From: Candidatus Bathyarchaeota archaeon | Lineage (GTDB): Archaea; Thermoproteota; Bathyarchaeia; Bathyarchaeales; Bathycorpusculaceae | Reading direction: 5' to 3' | Length of the DNA stretch: 64,000 nucleotides | NCBI GenBank assembly: GCA_963767735.1 | Contig: CAVYES010000008.1 | Location: 160,001-224,000, forward strand | In this document: positions 50,447-61,599 of the stretch, piece by piece | Numbering within the stretch: the stretch's first letter is position 1 | How the letters are laid out: each line of letters begins with the position of its first letter | Position numbers and translations under genes: made by a program | The notes under the pieces: model-generated | Seen by the model: only the letters and a program-made list of their open reading frames with translations | What the model was told of the DNA's origin: nothing | Databases searched by the model: none

Positions 50447-51780
50447 CTTTCTTTCGCAACCTCGTTAATTGTATCTTCAACTATATCCAATGCCGCTGCA
50501 AGCATGTCAGTTTGTATAGTAAGCGGTGGAGCTATCCTAAGCGTTGACGAACCGCAAGTAACAACTGCTACTCCCCGTTTCCATGAACGCAAAATAACCT
50601 GAGAAGCCTTCTGCGGCGCATGCTTTCTTGTTTCTTTGTCTTCAACAAGTTCAACTCCGATCATCAGACCCTTTCCACGCACATCCCCAACTATGCCGCA
50701 AGTCACAGAAAAGTCCTCCAATCTTTTCATCGCGTAAGCGCCTTGCTTGTTGGCGTTATCGAGCAACTGCTGATCTTTAATTATGTCTAAGACCGCGTTT
50801 GCGGCAGCGCATGATAGTGGGTTTCCTCCAAACGTACTTGCGTGCGAGCCACTCGTCCAATCCATAATTTTTGCTTTAGCAATTGTAGCGCCGATTGGCA
50901 AGCCGGAAGCTAAACCTTTTGAAGTGCAGATTATGTCTGGTTCGAGACTCCAGTGTTCAACGGCGAACCATTTTCCCGTTCGGCCCATGCCAGATTGTAC
51001 TTCATCGTCAATTAGCAGTATTCCGTTTTTGTCGGCGATTTTCTTTAGTTTTGGGAAGAACTCGGCTGGAGGAACTATGTAGCCGCCTTCGCCCTGGATT
51101 GGTTCAAAGAGGATTGCCGCCACATCTTCAGGAGGCATAAACTTTTGAAGTACTTGCTCTTCAATGAAGTCTGCACACCAATAGTTACAGCTTGGCTGCT
51201 CCAACTTGAATGGGCATCGGTAGCAATAGGGGTAAGGGACATGAGTTACGCCAGGCATGAAGGGAGAAAAATGGCTTCTTTGCGCCGGTTTACTGCTGGT
51301 AAAAGCTAACGAACCCATAGTTCGCCCATGAAAAGCGTTGATGAATCCAATAAATAATGGTTTGCGCGTGTGCCATCTAGCAAGCTTTACCCCTGCTTCG
51401 ATTGCTTCGGTGCCGCTGTTGCCAAAGTAGACCTTTTTCTCAAATTCGCCAGGAACAATTTTCACCAACTTTTCTGCCAGGCTGATTGCTTCTTTGTAGT
51501 AAAAATCAGTGTTAGAATAACTAAGAAAACGGTCACATTGGCTTTTTATGGCTTCAACCACGCGTGGGTGACTATTGCCAACGTTCATGCAGCATATGCC
51601 GGAGTTTAAGTCGATGTATTCGTTTCCGTCAACGTCCTTAACTGTGCAATCATTTGCTGACTCAACAACCATAGGGTAATACCGCGTGTAAGATGGCGAA
51701 ACAAACTGCTCATCCATCTGAACAAGCTCTCTAGCTTTAGGGCCAGGCGGAGAAACAACAATTTTTGGATAATCGACCAT
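50443..51780 (-). CDS. Class III PLP aminotransferase (acetylornithine/4-aminobutyrate family)
   Basis: NSGTEA, FHGRT, EPIQGEGG, DEVQSGMGRTG, SKGLASG, STFGGNP. Confidence 0.93.
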   Translation of the reverse strand: MVDYPKIVVSPPGPKARELVQMDEQFVSPSYTRYYPMVVESANDCTVKDVDGNEYIDLNSGICCMNVGNSHPRVVEAIKSQCDRFLSYSNTDFYYKEAISLAEKLVKIVPGEFEKKVYFGNSGTEAIEAGVKLARWHTRKPLFIGFINAFHGRTMGSLAFTSSKPAQRSHFSPFMPGVTHVPYPYCYRCPFKLEQPSCNYWCADFIEEQVLQKFMPPEDVAAILFEPIQGEGGYIVPPAEFFPKLKKIADKNGILLIDDEVQSGMGRTGKWFAVEHWSLEPDIICTSKGLASGLPIGATIAKAKIMDWTSGSHASTFGGNPLSCAAANAVLDIIKDQQLLDNANKQGAYAMKRLEDFSVTCGIVGDVRGKGLMIGVELVEDKETRKHAPQKASQVILRSWKRGVAVVTCGSSTLRIAPPLTIQTDMLAAALDIVEDTINEVAKES

Positions 51781-51853
51781 TTGGAAATGACTCCGGTTAA
51801 GCGTCTAGGAAAGATGCAATATTAACCTTTACGCACGGAGAATGTGAGGCTGG

Positions 51854-53674
51854 CTAAAGAAGCAGCAGAAGCAAAATCAAAATTAACCCTTCTAAACCGA
51901 AGATTGGGAACACCATTTGCTTTGCTCTTCGAAGAGTTTTGTCTACCAGGGTAGACATCGCCTGCAGATGGGTTTCCCCTATAACTCTGACATTGGAAAC
52001 AACAAGGTGGACGGCTCCAGCTTTGGATGACTCTAAGGTGGACTCTGCCTTTTTGGCGACATCACAGATGTATCCAATAAGAACTTCTTGATTCATCACT
52101 TCACCGACGGGATGGTAACCCCGCCGCACACTGCGCCCAGACGATAGCGCGCTTACTGCATGAGTGTCTGTGGTGAAAACTTCGCTCTCATCAAATCCAG
52201 CGGAGGTTAAGGCGGCAAGGATTTTCTCTCTCAAACCCGAAATCATGTTGTTGCCGTCGATTACCACGTAAGCGGTTTTCTGTGTGCCAACCTGAATAAC
52301 TGTCGCTGTGATGCCTCCTGCGCCCATGCCTTCTTTTAGGGTGAACTCTTTGGGGTAAACGGTGGCTGCTCCCACCATAAACCGCTCGGTCGGCAACGAA
52401 ACCGCTTTCTGTAGGCACTTGGAAGCCGCGGTTTGCAGAGCACCGACGTACTTCTCAACCTCAACCACGTCAGTGATGCTGTTGTGGGTGTTAGTGACTA
52501 TTGCTGACTTTAGCCCCATCTTGGATGCCATCTCATTAACCATGCGTCCTAACTCTTGGGGCAAGTCTTCAGTAGTTTTTGGTGCAAGGGAGAAAGAGAC
52601 AAAGGCGGTGTCGCCGAAAATTTGGCAGGATGCAGAGGCGACGTCCTCAGTGGCTCTGACGCAGGGTGAAGCTAAGTCTGCTGTTGCTGTAAACTTGGCT
52701 GAAGCAATGACCTGCGAGATTATTTTGTGGTTTTGCGCTTGAGAGGCTAAGTCAAGCTCGTGACCAAGAATACCCAGGGGAACGCAGGCGTTGCAACCAT
52801 ATTCCTTCTCGAAATCCTGCTTCATCAGCGACGGCAAGAGGCTGCTGCCGATGTTTTTGAATGGGCCAGGATGCACCTGTGGAACGATTATGGCTGCTTT
52901 AGGTTTGGATGCATCGAACTTGAGAAAATTAACTTCGATGTCAGCGTTTTCGCCAGTTTTTTCAAAAAGGTCTTCAAGAGGCTCGTTTAGCGAGGCTACC
53001 CAGTTAAGCATGAAGGCTCTAAACAGCGGCAAAGAATGTATTGAATAGGTTTTGCCCAGACGCTCCAAAGAGGACATAAAAACAAAAACTGCGACACATG
53101 CGACTACTGGAAAAATGATTATTAGAGGTGAAATCTGAATAAGGTTTATCGTTGGAATGCTACTCCAGAAAACAACAAACGCGACTATGCAGAGGACTGG
53201 GTTAATCAAAACTGCCGTGAGGTTTTTCCAAGTAGCCGCTGACGAGGTTGCAGTGAACACGACAGTTCTTAGTGTAACGACGGCGGCGTAGCCGACAAGG
53301 CAAAGTTTGACCCAGATTAAAGAGCCAAAGGGAAAGCTAAAGGCGAGTCCTATGAGGATAAAAATGAGCCAGAAGACCCAGCCTACTAGTGAAAGCACCA
53401 AAGTTCGCCGCAGCGAAAAAATCAGGTCCCGCCTGAGAAGCAACTGGGTAATTATCAAATCAGCAGCTATTGTTAAAACGAGAAGTGAAATGCCAAAGGC
53501 AAAAGAGCCAAGTAGCCCATCCCTGGAGGAAACAAAGAACGCTGAGAGACCTGCTATGATGCAGAGGGCGGCGACGGCTACGACGGCTGTTTTGAGTGAT
53601 GGAAGAGAAAACATGGAGGTGTAATGTTTTGATGCGCTGTCTATTGAGCTGTTAAGTTGACTTTTGCTCTCCAT
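51854..53674 (-). CDS. DUF2070-family membrane protein
   Basis: N-terminal TM bundle; HPGPF, HELD, THNS, DGNN, TTDTH. Confidence 0.85.
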   Translation of the reverse strand: MESKSQLNSSIDSASKHYTSMFSLPSLKTAVVAVAALCIIAGLSAFFVSSRDGLLGSFAFGISLLVLTIAADLIITQLLLRRDLIFSLRRTLVLSLVGWVFWLIFILIGLAFSFPFGSLIWVKLCLVGYAAVVTLRTVVFTATSSAATWKNLTAVLINPVLCIVAFVVFWSSIPTINLIQISPLIIIFPVVACVAVFVFMSSLERLGKTYSIHSLPLFRAFMLNWVASLNEPLEDLFEKTGENADIEVNFLKFDASKPKAAIIVPQVHPGPFKNIGSSLLPSLMKQDFEKEYGCNACVPLGILGHELDLASQAQNHKIISQVIASAKFTATADLASPCVRATEDVASASCQIFGDTAFVSFSLAPKTTEDLPQELGRMVNEMASKMGLKSAIVTNTHNSITDVVEVEKYVGALQTAASKCLQKAVSLPTERFMVGAATVYPKEFTLKEGMGAGGITATVIQVGTQKTAYVVIDGNNMISGLREKILAALTSAGFDESEVFTTDTHAVSALSSGRSVRRGYHPVGEVMNQEVLIGYICDVAKKAESTLESSKAGAVHLVVSNVRVIGETHLQAMSTLVDKTLRRAKQMVFPIFGLEGLILILLLLLL

Positions 53675-53937
53675 GTTTCCAACTCGGTTAGGCTTCCTTA
53701 TGGGATTAGGGAGGCTTATTAAAATTTAGCCTACACGAAGCTGCATGTCTCAGTTTTAAGGCAGGAAACACAAATTTTTTTGCAAACCAAAAAGTATCGA
53801 TTAGCAATTTAGCATAAACAAGTTAAAGCGCCATTGGGCAAAACGCCGCTTTGAGGTTTTTGGCAGGAAGTAAACATGCCTTTTGGAAGGGAACTGTTTT
53901 ATCTTTAGAATGACAATTGTATTAGTTTGCGAAGTCT

Positions 53938-54228
53938 ATGGCAGATCAAGATTTGCCCCTCTCGATATTTCATATGTTGGAGAGGAACGTGGGCAAGAAA
54001 ATCAGGGTTATTATAGATCCAGCTTACGGTTTTGAAGGCATCTTAGCCGCCGTGACGCATGACCCATCAGGAATTTGGCTTTCAGACGCAGAAGCGATTG
54101 TTTTGAGATCAACTATTGCTCAGCCTATCCCGCAAGTTGCAAGTCGAGAAGAAAGAAGCGAGCTATTTCTTCATTTAAATTCGGTTCAAAGAATAGAAGT
54201 ATTACACGCCACTGCACCGAGGCGGTAA
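53938..54228 (+). CDS. Divergent Sm/LSm-fold protein
   Basis: Sm1-like LERNVGKKIRV....FEGIL.......IWLSDAE and Sm2-like LFLHLNSVQRI. Confidence 0.55.
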   Translation: MADQDLPLSIFHMLERNVGKKIRVIIDPAYGFEGILAAVTHDPSGIWLSDAEAIVLRSTIAQPIPQVASREERSELFLHLNSVQRIEVLHATAPRR

Positions 54229-54539
54229 AGGCAGCGTTTAACTGTCTATAACTATTTTTATTACAACTGAAAGAACTATCAATGAGACCGCAAAGACGAC
54301 AAGCAGTTCAGGTCTAATTTTTATTCCTTCAGTCTCTTCCTCAAAGAACCTCAGCAAACCTGCACTTGCTGCTGGCATTGGACCTGTATCTTTCTTCTTT
54401 CTTCCTAGTGCTCACCAAATATCCCTGCCCTTTCAATGTATTATTTGCATTAATTAATGTTACGCAGATTCCAAAATGTTTTAAGGTACTAAATATTTAA
54501 CTTGCCCAAAGTTAAGAGTACCCTAAATCTGGTGAGTCT

Positions 54540-54832
54540 ATGCAATATAAAAGAATTTCAAGACATGATGCGGCAGCTATATTTCAAAAGAGACACAGAA
54601 CGCGGAATAGACGGAACATACAATTGGCTTGTTGATGAGGTTGCAGAGTTAGGGGAAGAATTGAAAAAAGGAACAGATCAAGAGGCTACTGAGAAAGAAT
54701 TTGCGGATGTAATTGCGTGGCTTGCGTCTCTTGGCTAACATAATAGGAATCGACCTTGAAAAAGCAGCCATCAACAAATACAACCATAAATGCCCAAAAT
54801 GCCAGCAATCACCCTGCCAATGCACATTTTAA
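54540..54832 (+). CDS. MazG-like nucleotide pyrophosphohydrolase with two frameshifts
   Basis: EFQDMMRQLYF.RD, WLVDEVAELGE, EFADVIAWLASL, then NIIGIDLEKAA..KY..KCPKC...PCQC. Confidence 0.85.
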
Positions 54833-55102
54833 CAAACTAAGCGTTTCTGCCCTAAACCTGTAGACGACCCAATAAGAGGGTCTACGTCCTTTACGGTGAA
54901 CTATACCTTCGTTTTCAAGAAGACGCAAATGATGCATGACAACACTGTAAGATAAAGAGGATTCCTTTGCAATTCTTACCGCACTATATGGCTGGTTCTC
55001 GAGAGCTTCCAATATTTTGGTTCTGGCTTTAAGACCGCTATTTACGTTTCTTATATTTTTCAAGTAAGCGTTCGGATGCAAAGTTTCCTTTATGCTATTC
55101 AC
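54809..55102 (-). CDS. ArsR-like wHTH regulator
   Basis: RTKILEAL..., IAKESSLSYSVVMHHLRLLENEGIV; the 3' end is probably frameshifted. Confidence 0.8.
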   Translation of the reverse strand: MNSIKETLHPNAYLKNIRNVNSGLKARTKILEALENQPYSAVRIAKESSLSYSVVMHHLRLLENEGIVHRKGRRPSYWVVYRFRAETLSLLKCALAG

Positions 55103-55140
55103 CGATTAATAAACAGCGGTTTACATTGAAAAGCTTTAGG

Positions 55141-58100
55141 TTAATTAAAATCAAAAAGTTTAGCTTGTTTGGGTTTTTTGTTATCGAACATGGAAGCTAT
55201 CTCTTCTTTTATAAGATCCATGCGTTGGGTGTAATAGTTGGGTAAGCCATATGTGTCAACAAGTTGCTGAGCTGCCACAAGATACTTCTCTATGCCACCA
55301 CGATAAACGGTAAGAGTCAGCTTTCCACCGCAGAATGGGCATTTCCCTTTGAGAGGCAGTCGACGGAACTTTTTGTTGCATGATTTGCACCTAAACGCTT
55401 GCGTTGAGAAAGCACGTAAATTCCCTGCTATGTCTCTGATGAAATGGGTGGTTAAAACTTTCAAAGCGACGCGTTCGACGTCTACAGCGTCAATTTTTTC
55501 GCCTAGCTCCAGTTGCATGTTGAGTTTTTCAATCATAGATTTGAATTCTTTGTAGGCGCTGTTAGCGTTGCCGAGGTTTATGTTTGTAACGGGAGTGGTG
55601 TATTGGAAGCCTTCAAACTGGGCTTCAGTTCCAAGCCTATGACTGATGACATCCATAATTGAACTCACGGGTCTAGCTTCGGCTTTCTCCAGAGTTTTTT
55701 GGTAAAATTCAAGCGGATAAGAAGCGTCAACGTCAAAATCATGCGCTTGCCTCTGCACTTCCTTGGTGTTAACAAACGGAATTAAAAGTATAGGAGCATC
55801 CATAATTCCGCCGATCTGAGCAGGCAAATAGACACGAGAAAAGTTCAGAAGCGTATCCAACGCCAGCATAATCGCGTCTTCATCACCGTCACAGTCCCGG
55901 CGTTTGGCTGAGTGCCAAATCGGATGAGCATAAATCAGGTTACGATCCGTGTAACCAACAATGCGACCTAAAATGCAAGCGCACGTGTGGGGGGCTAAAC
56001 CAAAAACCAAATGCCCAACGAGGTCTTCTGGCTTCTTAACGTTATAGTAAGGTGGAAGCTTGTAGACTCTTGCGAGCAAATCGTCAATGAAAGCCGCGAT
56101 CTGAATAAAGTATTCCCCTGCCTTGCTAGGGAATCACAATATCCTGAACCTTGAGCTCACAAACCTGATTAGGATCAGTCAAAGATGCGCCGTGTGTGTC
56201 GTAGCTGTATCCTAACTGCCTAATCTTTTCTACGGGCACTCCAACTTCGGCAGGCGTAAAATGCGTTAAAGGAGCGTTGGTGGCGTCAAATCGGATTGTG
56301 CCATCCTTGTAAACAGATAAGCCATATTTAGCTCGCAAAATTCCTTTTTCGACTATTTCAGGAGTTTTGTCTAGGTTCGTTAAGCCTTTGACGCCTCTTA
56401 GAATTTTCGGAGCTGGATAACCAAGCGACTTGCACGCGTCATCTACCATTTCTTTAAAGTTAACTGGTTGCCGCTGGTATTGAACTCCTTCTGTTTTACA
56501 GGTGGGGCAACTGTTATCTTTTACAGCCTTGCCGCAACGAGGACAACTTTTTTCAGCAACAGTGTCGCATCCGCAGTTGAAGCATTTTACCCTTAAAGTG
56601 TAAGTTTTACAGTTAGGGCACTTCCTCTTAACCATGTCGACAAACACAGGACCCTGCTTTGCAGCTTCCAAAAGGTCTCTATGTGAACCGCCAGCTAAGC
56701 TTACTGGAAAAAGAACATGAACAAGAGGCTTCATTTCCCGCCTTTTAGCCTTCTCAGGCCTTCCCATGCGGGCACCTACAAAGGTCGGTGCTTTGTCCTT
56801 AACTTGCACTCCTGAAAGCATGCTGATTGCCTCGAAGACAGAAGTAGTCTGAGTGCCCTCAATCGTATTTGTGGTGCCGCAGCCAAGACAGAACGCTAAA
56901 GCGGCGGCATCCTCGCCTTCCAGCAAAATCCTATTACTAATTAGTTTATGAGGAGCAAAGATCAATCTAAGTAACCTTACAACATTTTCATTGGCTTCGC
57001 CGAAAATTTTGCAAACGCATCCATCTGCCAAGGCGACTTCGCAGGAACCCAGCCATTTTTTCAGCACCTCAACTTCTTGAACATTGGTTAAGCTTGCCCA
57101 AAAGAATGTACGGGCGGGGTGCAAAGGTATGCCCATGCGAAGGCTGAGAAGTATTGCCTCTTTAGTCGTTGGTTTATTTCTAAAGGGGTCATCTAGAAAG
57201 CTTTTGAGCCTTTCCGCAGAAACCTGAGTGGCATTTGCCGCTTTCGCAGAATCTGAGCTAAATTTTTGGGTCAGAGCGCCCTGTAGGTCTTTAACCCACC
57301 ATTCCTCCACGTATCCCGAGGGAGGAAGCCCCTTGCTGGTATAGAGAAAGTCGCCAAAACTAATCAGGATGTCCCCTAGAAACAAGATTTTTTGGACCTT
57401 GCCTTTTATCTCCGGAAAATTTTCCATTGTTACTCGAACTACAGAATTATCCTTCAACAAAACAATGGGGGACTCAATAGTATCCACAGGAAGCGTAACG
57501 CAGCCTTTTCCTGGAAGCTCTAAGCGCATTTGGGTGCCTGCCGCAAGAAAATTCTCAACAACAAGCATAGTGGCGGGGTGGATGCCTACAGCTGAAAGGC
57601 CTGTGTTTCGTGATCGGCCATACCTTAATCTGAAGCCGCCTCGTCTTGAGGGGAAAGCGAAAATTGGTCGTCCCGCAATCACATCGTCCATAAAGCCGCC
57701 TGATTTCTTTTCAGATTTCTTTTTGAAATCTTTTAGCCAATCCCAGCCTTGGAAACCGATCTTATCGATAATCACGAAAACTTTTTGGGCCCGTCCAACG
57801 ATGCCGTCGTTTACCACGCGAAGGGCGCCGCCTCTGACGCGGTTAGTTTCTACTCTTGGGAGGTTTCTGTAGGAGGAAACTTCAACTGGGTCTGATTCAG
57901 TTCCTGTGCATTCGACTGGAATGAGGTTAAGCGCCCTCCTTAATTCCTCGTCAGGAATGTGATATTGGAAACGGCCAACTGATCGTTCATATAATCGCAA
58001 TTCTTCTATGAAGCGGGAGATTTCCTCCTCCGTCGGCTTGTACTTATCCAAGCCAAGCTGGGTCCGCACGAAGTCTCCCACGACTAAAGTTAACGCTTGG

Positions 58101-58552
58101 TCTGTTCCACCCGCTGACCTTATTGGACCTGCAAAGTAAATAGCCAGGTAACGTGTCCGATCGGCGTTAGTTTTTATTTTTACGTGAGCTATGCCTTGTA
58201 TTGGCGCTGCGGTTAAGCCTTCAGTGAAAATTGCCAGGGCAGTTCGTATTGCCTGCTCAGCCGCTTTTTCAGGTTCCATGTGACCAAATTTGCCTAGGAC
58301 GGTTTCTTCAGCAACTTTGAATGCGATTTCTTCTCTTTGCATTTTAGTGCTTAATTCTCTGATGCTGAGCGCAACGCCTTTGGGTCCAACTAGCCCTTCC
58401 ACTAAGTCAGCAATGTCTTGGGCAATAATGCACTCAGTTTTCAACGCGGGGTCAAAGCCTTCTGATCTAGCGCTGTCGCTTAACGCATACAATCGCTTGA
58501 GCTCATTTCCCATTGTGTCAACGTAGTTTTGATAACCCTTGCTGATATTCAA
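55141..58552 (-). CDS. polC: DNA polymerase D large subunit DP2, one frameshift near 56128
   Basis: AGPIRSAGGT, FRLRYGRSRNTG, ARMGRPEK, KDGTIRFD, catalytic RRDCDGDED, C-terminal Zn motifs and QAKLFDF PIP-box. Confidence 0.96.
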
Positions 58553-58642
58553 AGTGCAGCTTCCAGTGGCAACATATAGAGTAATGGGTTATTTTGGCTT
58601 TCTTAAAATTAAACGGAAATCTAATCCCAAGTCTGCCAAGCA

Positions 58643-59396
58643 TTAAACCTTAATGCTTTTGATTGCCTTAATGATTTCAGAGATCCTTTGTTTAGCATCA
58701 CTTGACTCAGTAACATTGCCGGTGACGATTATGTCTGCTCCTGCAGATACAGCAGCTACGGCTTGCTCTTTAGTTCTTATTCCTCCGCCCACTATGAGTG
58801 GAATTTCAATCACATGCTTAACTGCGTGGATCATTTCTGGGGGTACGGGATTTGCTGCTCCAGAACCGCCTTCCAGATAAATGAAGCGCATCCCAAGGTA
58901 TTGGCCTGCAAGGGCATGAGCGGCTGCAAGTTCAGGCTTAGAGTAGGGCACCGAGATGGCTTTTCCTACAACACCTGCAGTGCCGCCGTCTCCAACAATT
59001 ATGTAACCCATGGAAATAGGTTCTAAACCGTACTTTTTGACGAGCGGTGCGCCAAGAATCTGAGCGCCCATAAGAAAATAAGGATCAACCGAATTCAGAA
59101 GCGACATAAACCATATGGCGTCGGCGTAACTGCTAATTCCAGTTATGTTGTTTGGGAACAGTATTGTAGGAATTTTTACTGCGGACTTTATGTTCTTTAC
59201 TACGTCGTCAAGGTGGGCTTGAGAAGCAAATGTTGAGCCTCCAATCATTATGGCGGCGGTTCCGCTATTTGCAGAATTTTCAGCAATGCGTGAAGCTTGT
59301 AGGGCTGACACTTTTTCTGGGTCGATTAGCGTTATGTGGATTGATCCTTCGAGCTTTTATTTTTTCGAGTAAGTACTTTTCGATAGGCCCTAGCAA
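58643..59396 (-). CDS. Geranylgeranylglyceryl phosphate synthase, frameshifted near 59350
   Basis: HITLIDPEK, IGGST, YLEGGSGA, VGGGIR, VTGN. Confidence 0.92.
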
Positions 59397-59412
59397 AGCT
59401 ATTATCCTTCGA

Positions 59413-59682
59413 TTATTCTTTTTTTACGTTGGTTATAGGTGTTCTTTTTGTAGAACCATAAACCCGGTCTGTGAGCATACAGTAAACGTCAACTTCGCCT
59501 TGCGCTGGTTTAACGGGGAATTCTTCTTTAAGACCACAACTACTGCATTGTGCAACGGAATGACCACCGTCTTCTCTGGATATTTCAACTTTTACCGTTT
59601 CTTTTCCGCATTTTGGGCAAGAGAAGAATTTAGGTAAACGTTTCTTAGGAATATGAACTACTTTTTTCCTTCTTCGCCCCAA
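59413..59682 (-). CDS. elf1: Transcription elongation factor Elf1-like
   Basis: MGRRRKK...LPKFFSCPKCG...CSSCG...VDVY. Confidence 0.88.
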   Translation of the reverse strand: MGRRRKKVVHIPKKRLPKFFSCPKCGKETVKVEISREDGGHSVAQCSSCGLKEEFPVKPAQGEVDVYCMLTDRVYGSTKRTPITNVKKE

Positions 59683-59727
59683 ATAACAGCCTTCTAAATT
59701 GATGATAATGTTGAATGATATTTATGC

Positions 59728-60624
59728 TTGTCCTTAAATACTTGCCTAGAAACCAAGAATATGAGGCTGCGTGAAAGCCAAGTGAAATTAACGCCTTCTG
59801 TCTTAGAAATGGATTTCTCAGAAGCTCAAAAAAGAATTTGCCGCTTCATTAAAGAGTACGTGGAAAACGCTGGGGCAAAAGGCATAGTACTGGGTCTTTC
59901 AGGGGGAATCGACAGTGCAACAATTGCAGCACTTTCAAGTCTTGCAATAGGCGGAGACAACGTGTTGGCTCTGATGCTGCCGGAAAAAGAAAACTTTAAC
60001 CAAAAAGACATCGACGATGCAAAAGTAGTTGCAGACAAATTTAAATTGCAAACACAAATCTGTGACATGTCAAATGTTTTAGAAGGCTTCTACAACAGCA
60101 TTCCAGCGTTTGAGCCAAAAGACAGGCTTTGTAAGGGCAACATTAAAGCAAGAACTAGAATGATTTACCTCTACTATTACGCTAACAAACTTAACAGAAT
60201 CGTTTGCGGAAGTTCTGACAAATCAGAGACAATGATGGGCTACTTCACTAAGTGGGGAGACGTCGCCTCCGATATAACGCCAATTATGGATTTATACAAA
60301 ACACAAGTTCGCAAACTCGCAATTCATTTAGGAATCCCAGAGGAGCTTGCATTAAAGCCTTCTACACCGGCGCTTTGGCCCAACCAGACTGCAGAAAACG
60401 AGCTTGGAATCAAATATGAAACCTTAGACCTAATTCTTTATGGGATAGAACGGTTTATGACTACTGAAGAGATTGCAAGTCAACTAAGCATTGAGAAGTC
60501 TATCGTTGACAAGGTTAAGATCAGATGGCTCGCAAATGAACATAAAAGAAGAATGCCATTACCCCCCAAAATTGGATATAGAACTGTGGGAAATGATTTT
60601 AGGCTTCCCAGACATACCTATTGA
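59728..60624 (+). CDS. nadE: NAD+ synthetase (no fused glutaminase)
   Basis: LSGGIDSA, GNIKARTRM, GYFTKWGD, DLYKTQV, EHKR; true start probably somewhat downstream. Confidence 0.95.
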   Translation: MSLNTCLETKNMRLRESQVKLTPSVLEMDFSEAQKRICRFIKEYVENAGAKGIVLGLSGGIDSATIAALSSLAIGGDNVLALMLPEKENFNQKDIDDAKVVADKFKLQTQICDMSNVLEGFYNSIPAFEPKDRLCKGNIKARTRMIYLYYYANKLNRIVCGSSDKSETMMGYFTKWGDVASDITPIMDLYKTQVRKLAIHLGIPEELALKPSTPALWPNQTAENELGIKYETLDLILYGIERFMTTEEIASQLSIEKSIVDKVKIRWLANEHKRRMPLPPKIGYRTVGNDFRLPRHTY

Positions 60625-61472
60625 AAAGTGGAAACAACATGAAAGACAAGATAAAACTTGCCCTTGCCCAAATAAGCAGTAAACGAGAAAACAAAGAGGC
60701 AAATCTACAGAAAATAGAAACATTAACCTGCAAAGCCAAAGAGCAAGGGGCAGATTTAGCCATTTTCCCTGAGATGTCATTAACTGGCTACGTGGTTAGA
60801 GATCAATTCTACGAGTTAGCTGAAACAATCCCCGGACCCACAGTTGAGAAAGTGGAGGCGTTGGCAAAGAAGACAGGGATGCATGTTATTTTTGGGATGC
60901 CGGAGTTAAGCGAAAAAACAAAAGCCACAATCTTTAACACCGCCGTCTTTGTTGGTCCAAAAGGTTTAATCGGTAAATACCGAAAAATGTATCTGCCAAC
61001 TCACAGCGTGTTTGAAGAGAAAAGGTACTTTCGCCCAGGTTATGAGACAGCCGCGTTTCAAACCGATTTGGGCAACATTGGCTTATGCATTTGCTATGAC
61101 ATTTTCTTCCCTGAAGTGCTTAGGCTTACCCGTTTGAAGGGAGCACAATTAATCGTCTGCATATCCGCATCTCCAGCTGTACGAAGAAGCTACTTTGAAA
61201 CTTTAACTTGCGCCAGAGCAATAGAAAACACGGCTTACCTCGCTTACGTGAACCTTGCTGGCGTTCAAGATGGCTTGCAATTCTGGGGAGGAAGCCGACT
61301 TGTTAGTCCAACTGGAGATGTTCTTGCGAAGGCAAAGTATGATGAGGAGGATTTTGTCACCTGTGAGGTAGATTACAGTGACCTGAGAACGGCAGAAACA
61401 TTCATCCCCACCCTAAAGGACCTTAGACCTGAACTTTTTGATAAACTAAAAGAGTACTCAGAAGGTCTATAA
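60621..61472 (+). CDS. Carbon-nitrogen hydrolase (nitrilase superfamily)
   Basis: E-K-C triad FPEM, YRKMYL, ICYD; overlaps the nadE stop. Confidence 0.92.
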   Translation: MKSGNNMKDKIKLALAQISSKRENKEANLQKIETLTCKAKEQGADLAIFPEMSLTGYVVRDQFYELAETIPGPTVEKVEALAKKTGMHVIFGMPELSEKTKATIFNTAVFVGPKGLIGKYRKMYLPTHSVFEEKRYFRPGYETAAFQTDLGNIGLCICYDIFFPEVLRLTRLKGAQLIVCISASPAVRRSYFETLTCARAIENTAYLAYVNLAGVQDGLQFWGGSRLVSPTGDVLAKAKYDEEDFVTCEVDYSDLRTAETFIPTLKDLRPELFDKLKEYSEGL

Positions 61473-61506
61473 TTCGAAAAGGCGATTGCAAAGCTAAGCA
61501 AGGGAA

Positions 61507-61599
61507 ATCACAAAGACATCACAAGCCTATCACAATGCTGTGATATCAAGTGACTTGATGGTAAATCACCGTGATTTTAATGTGACAACATGACGTCAC
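61507..61599. promoter_or_regulatory. Array 1 of RTCAC/GTGAY half-sites and TGAYRTCA palindromes
   Basis: ATCAC 61507, 61518, 61529; GTGAT 61540; GTGAC 61550; ATCAC-C-GTGAT 61565-61575; GTGAC 61582; TGACGTCA 61591. Confidence 0.75.

Noticed and set aside
55141-58552. Naturally split PolD large subunit or programmed frameshift
   Set aside because: Removing one C from a CCC run at about 56128 restores a continuous frame; the same error type occurs throughout the window.
112-60780. Numerous antisense and overlapping ORFs in the ORF track
   Set aside because: They are shadows of well-supported genes on the opposite strand or frame, with no independent motifs.
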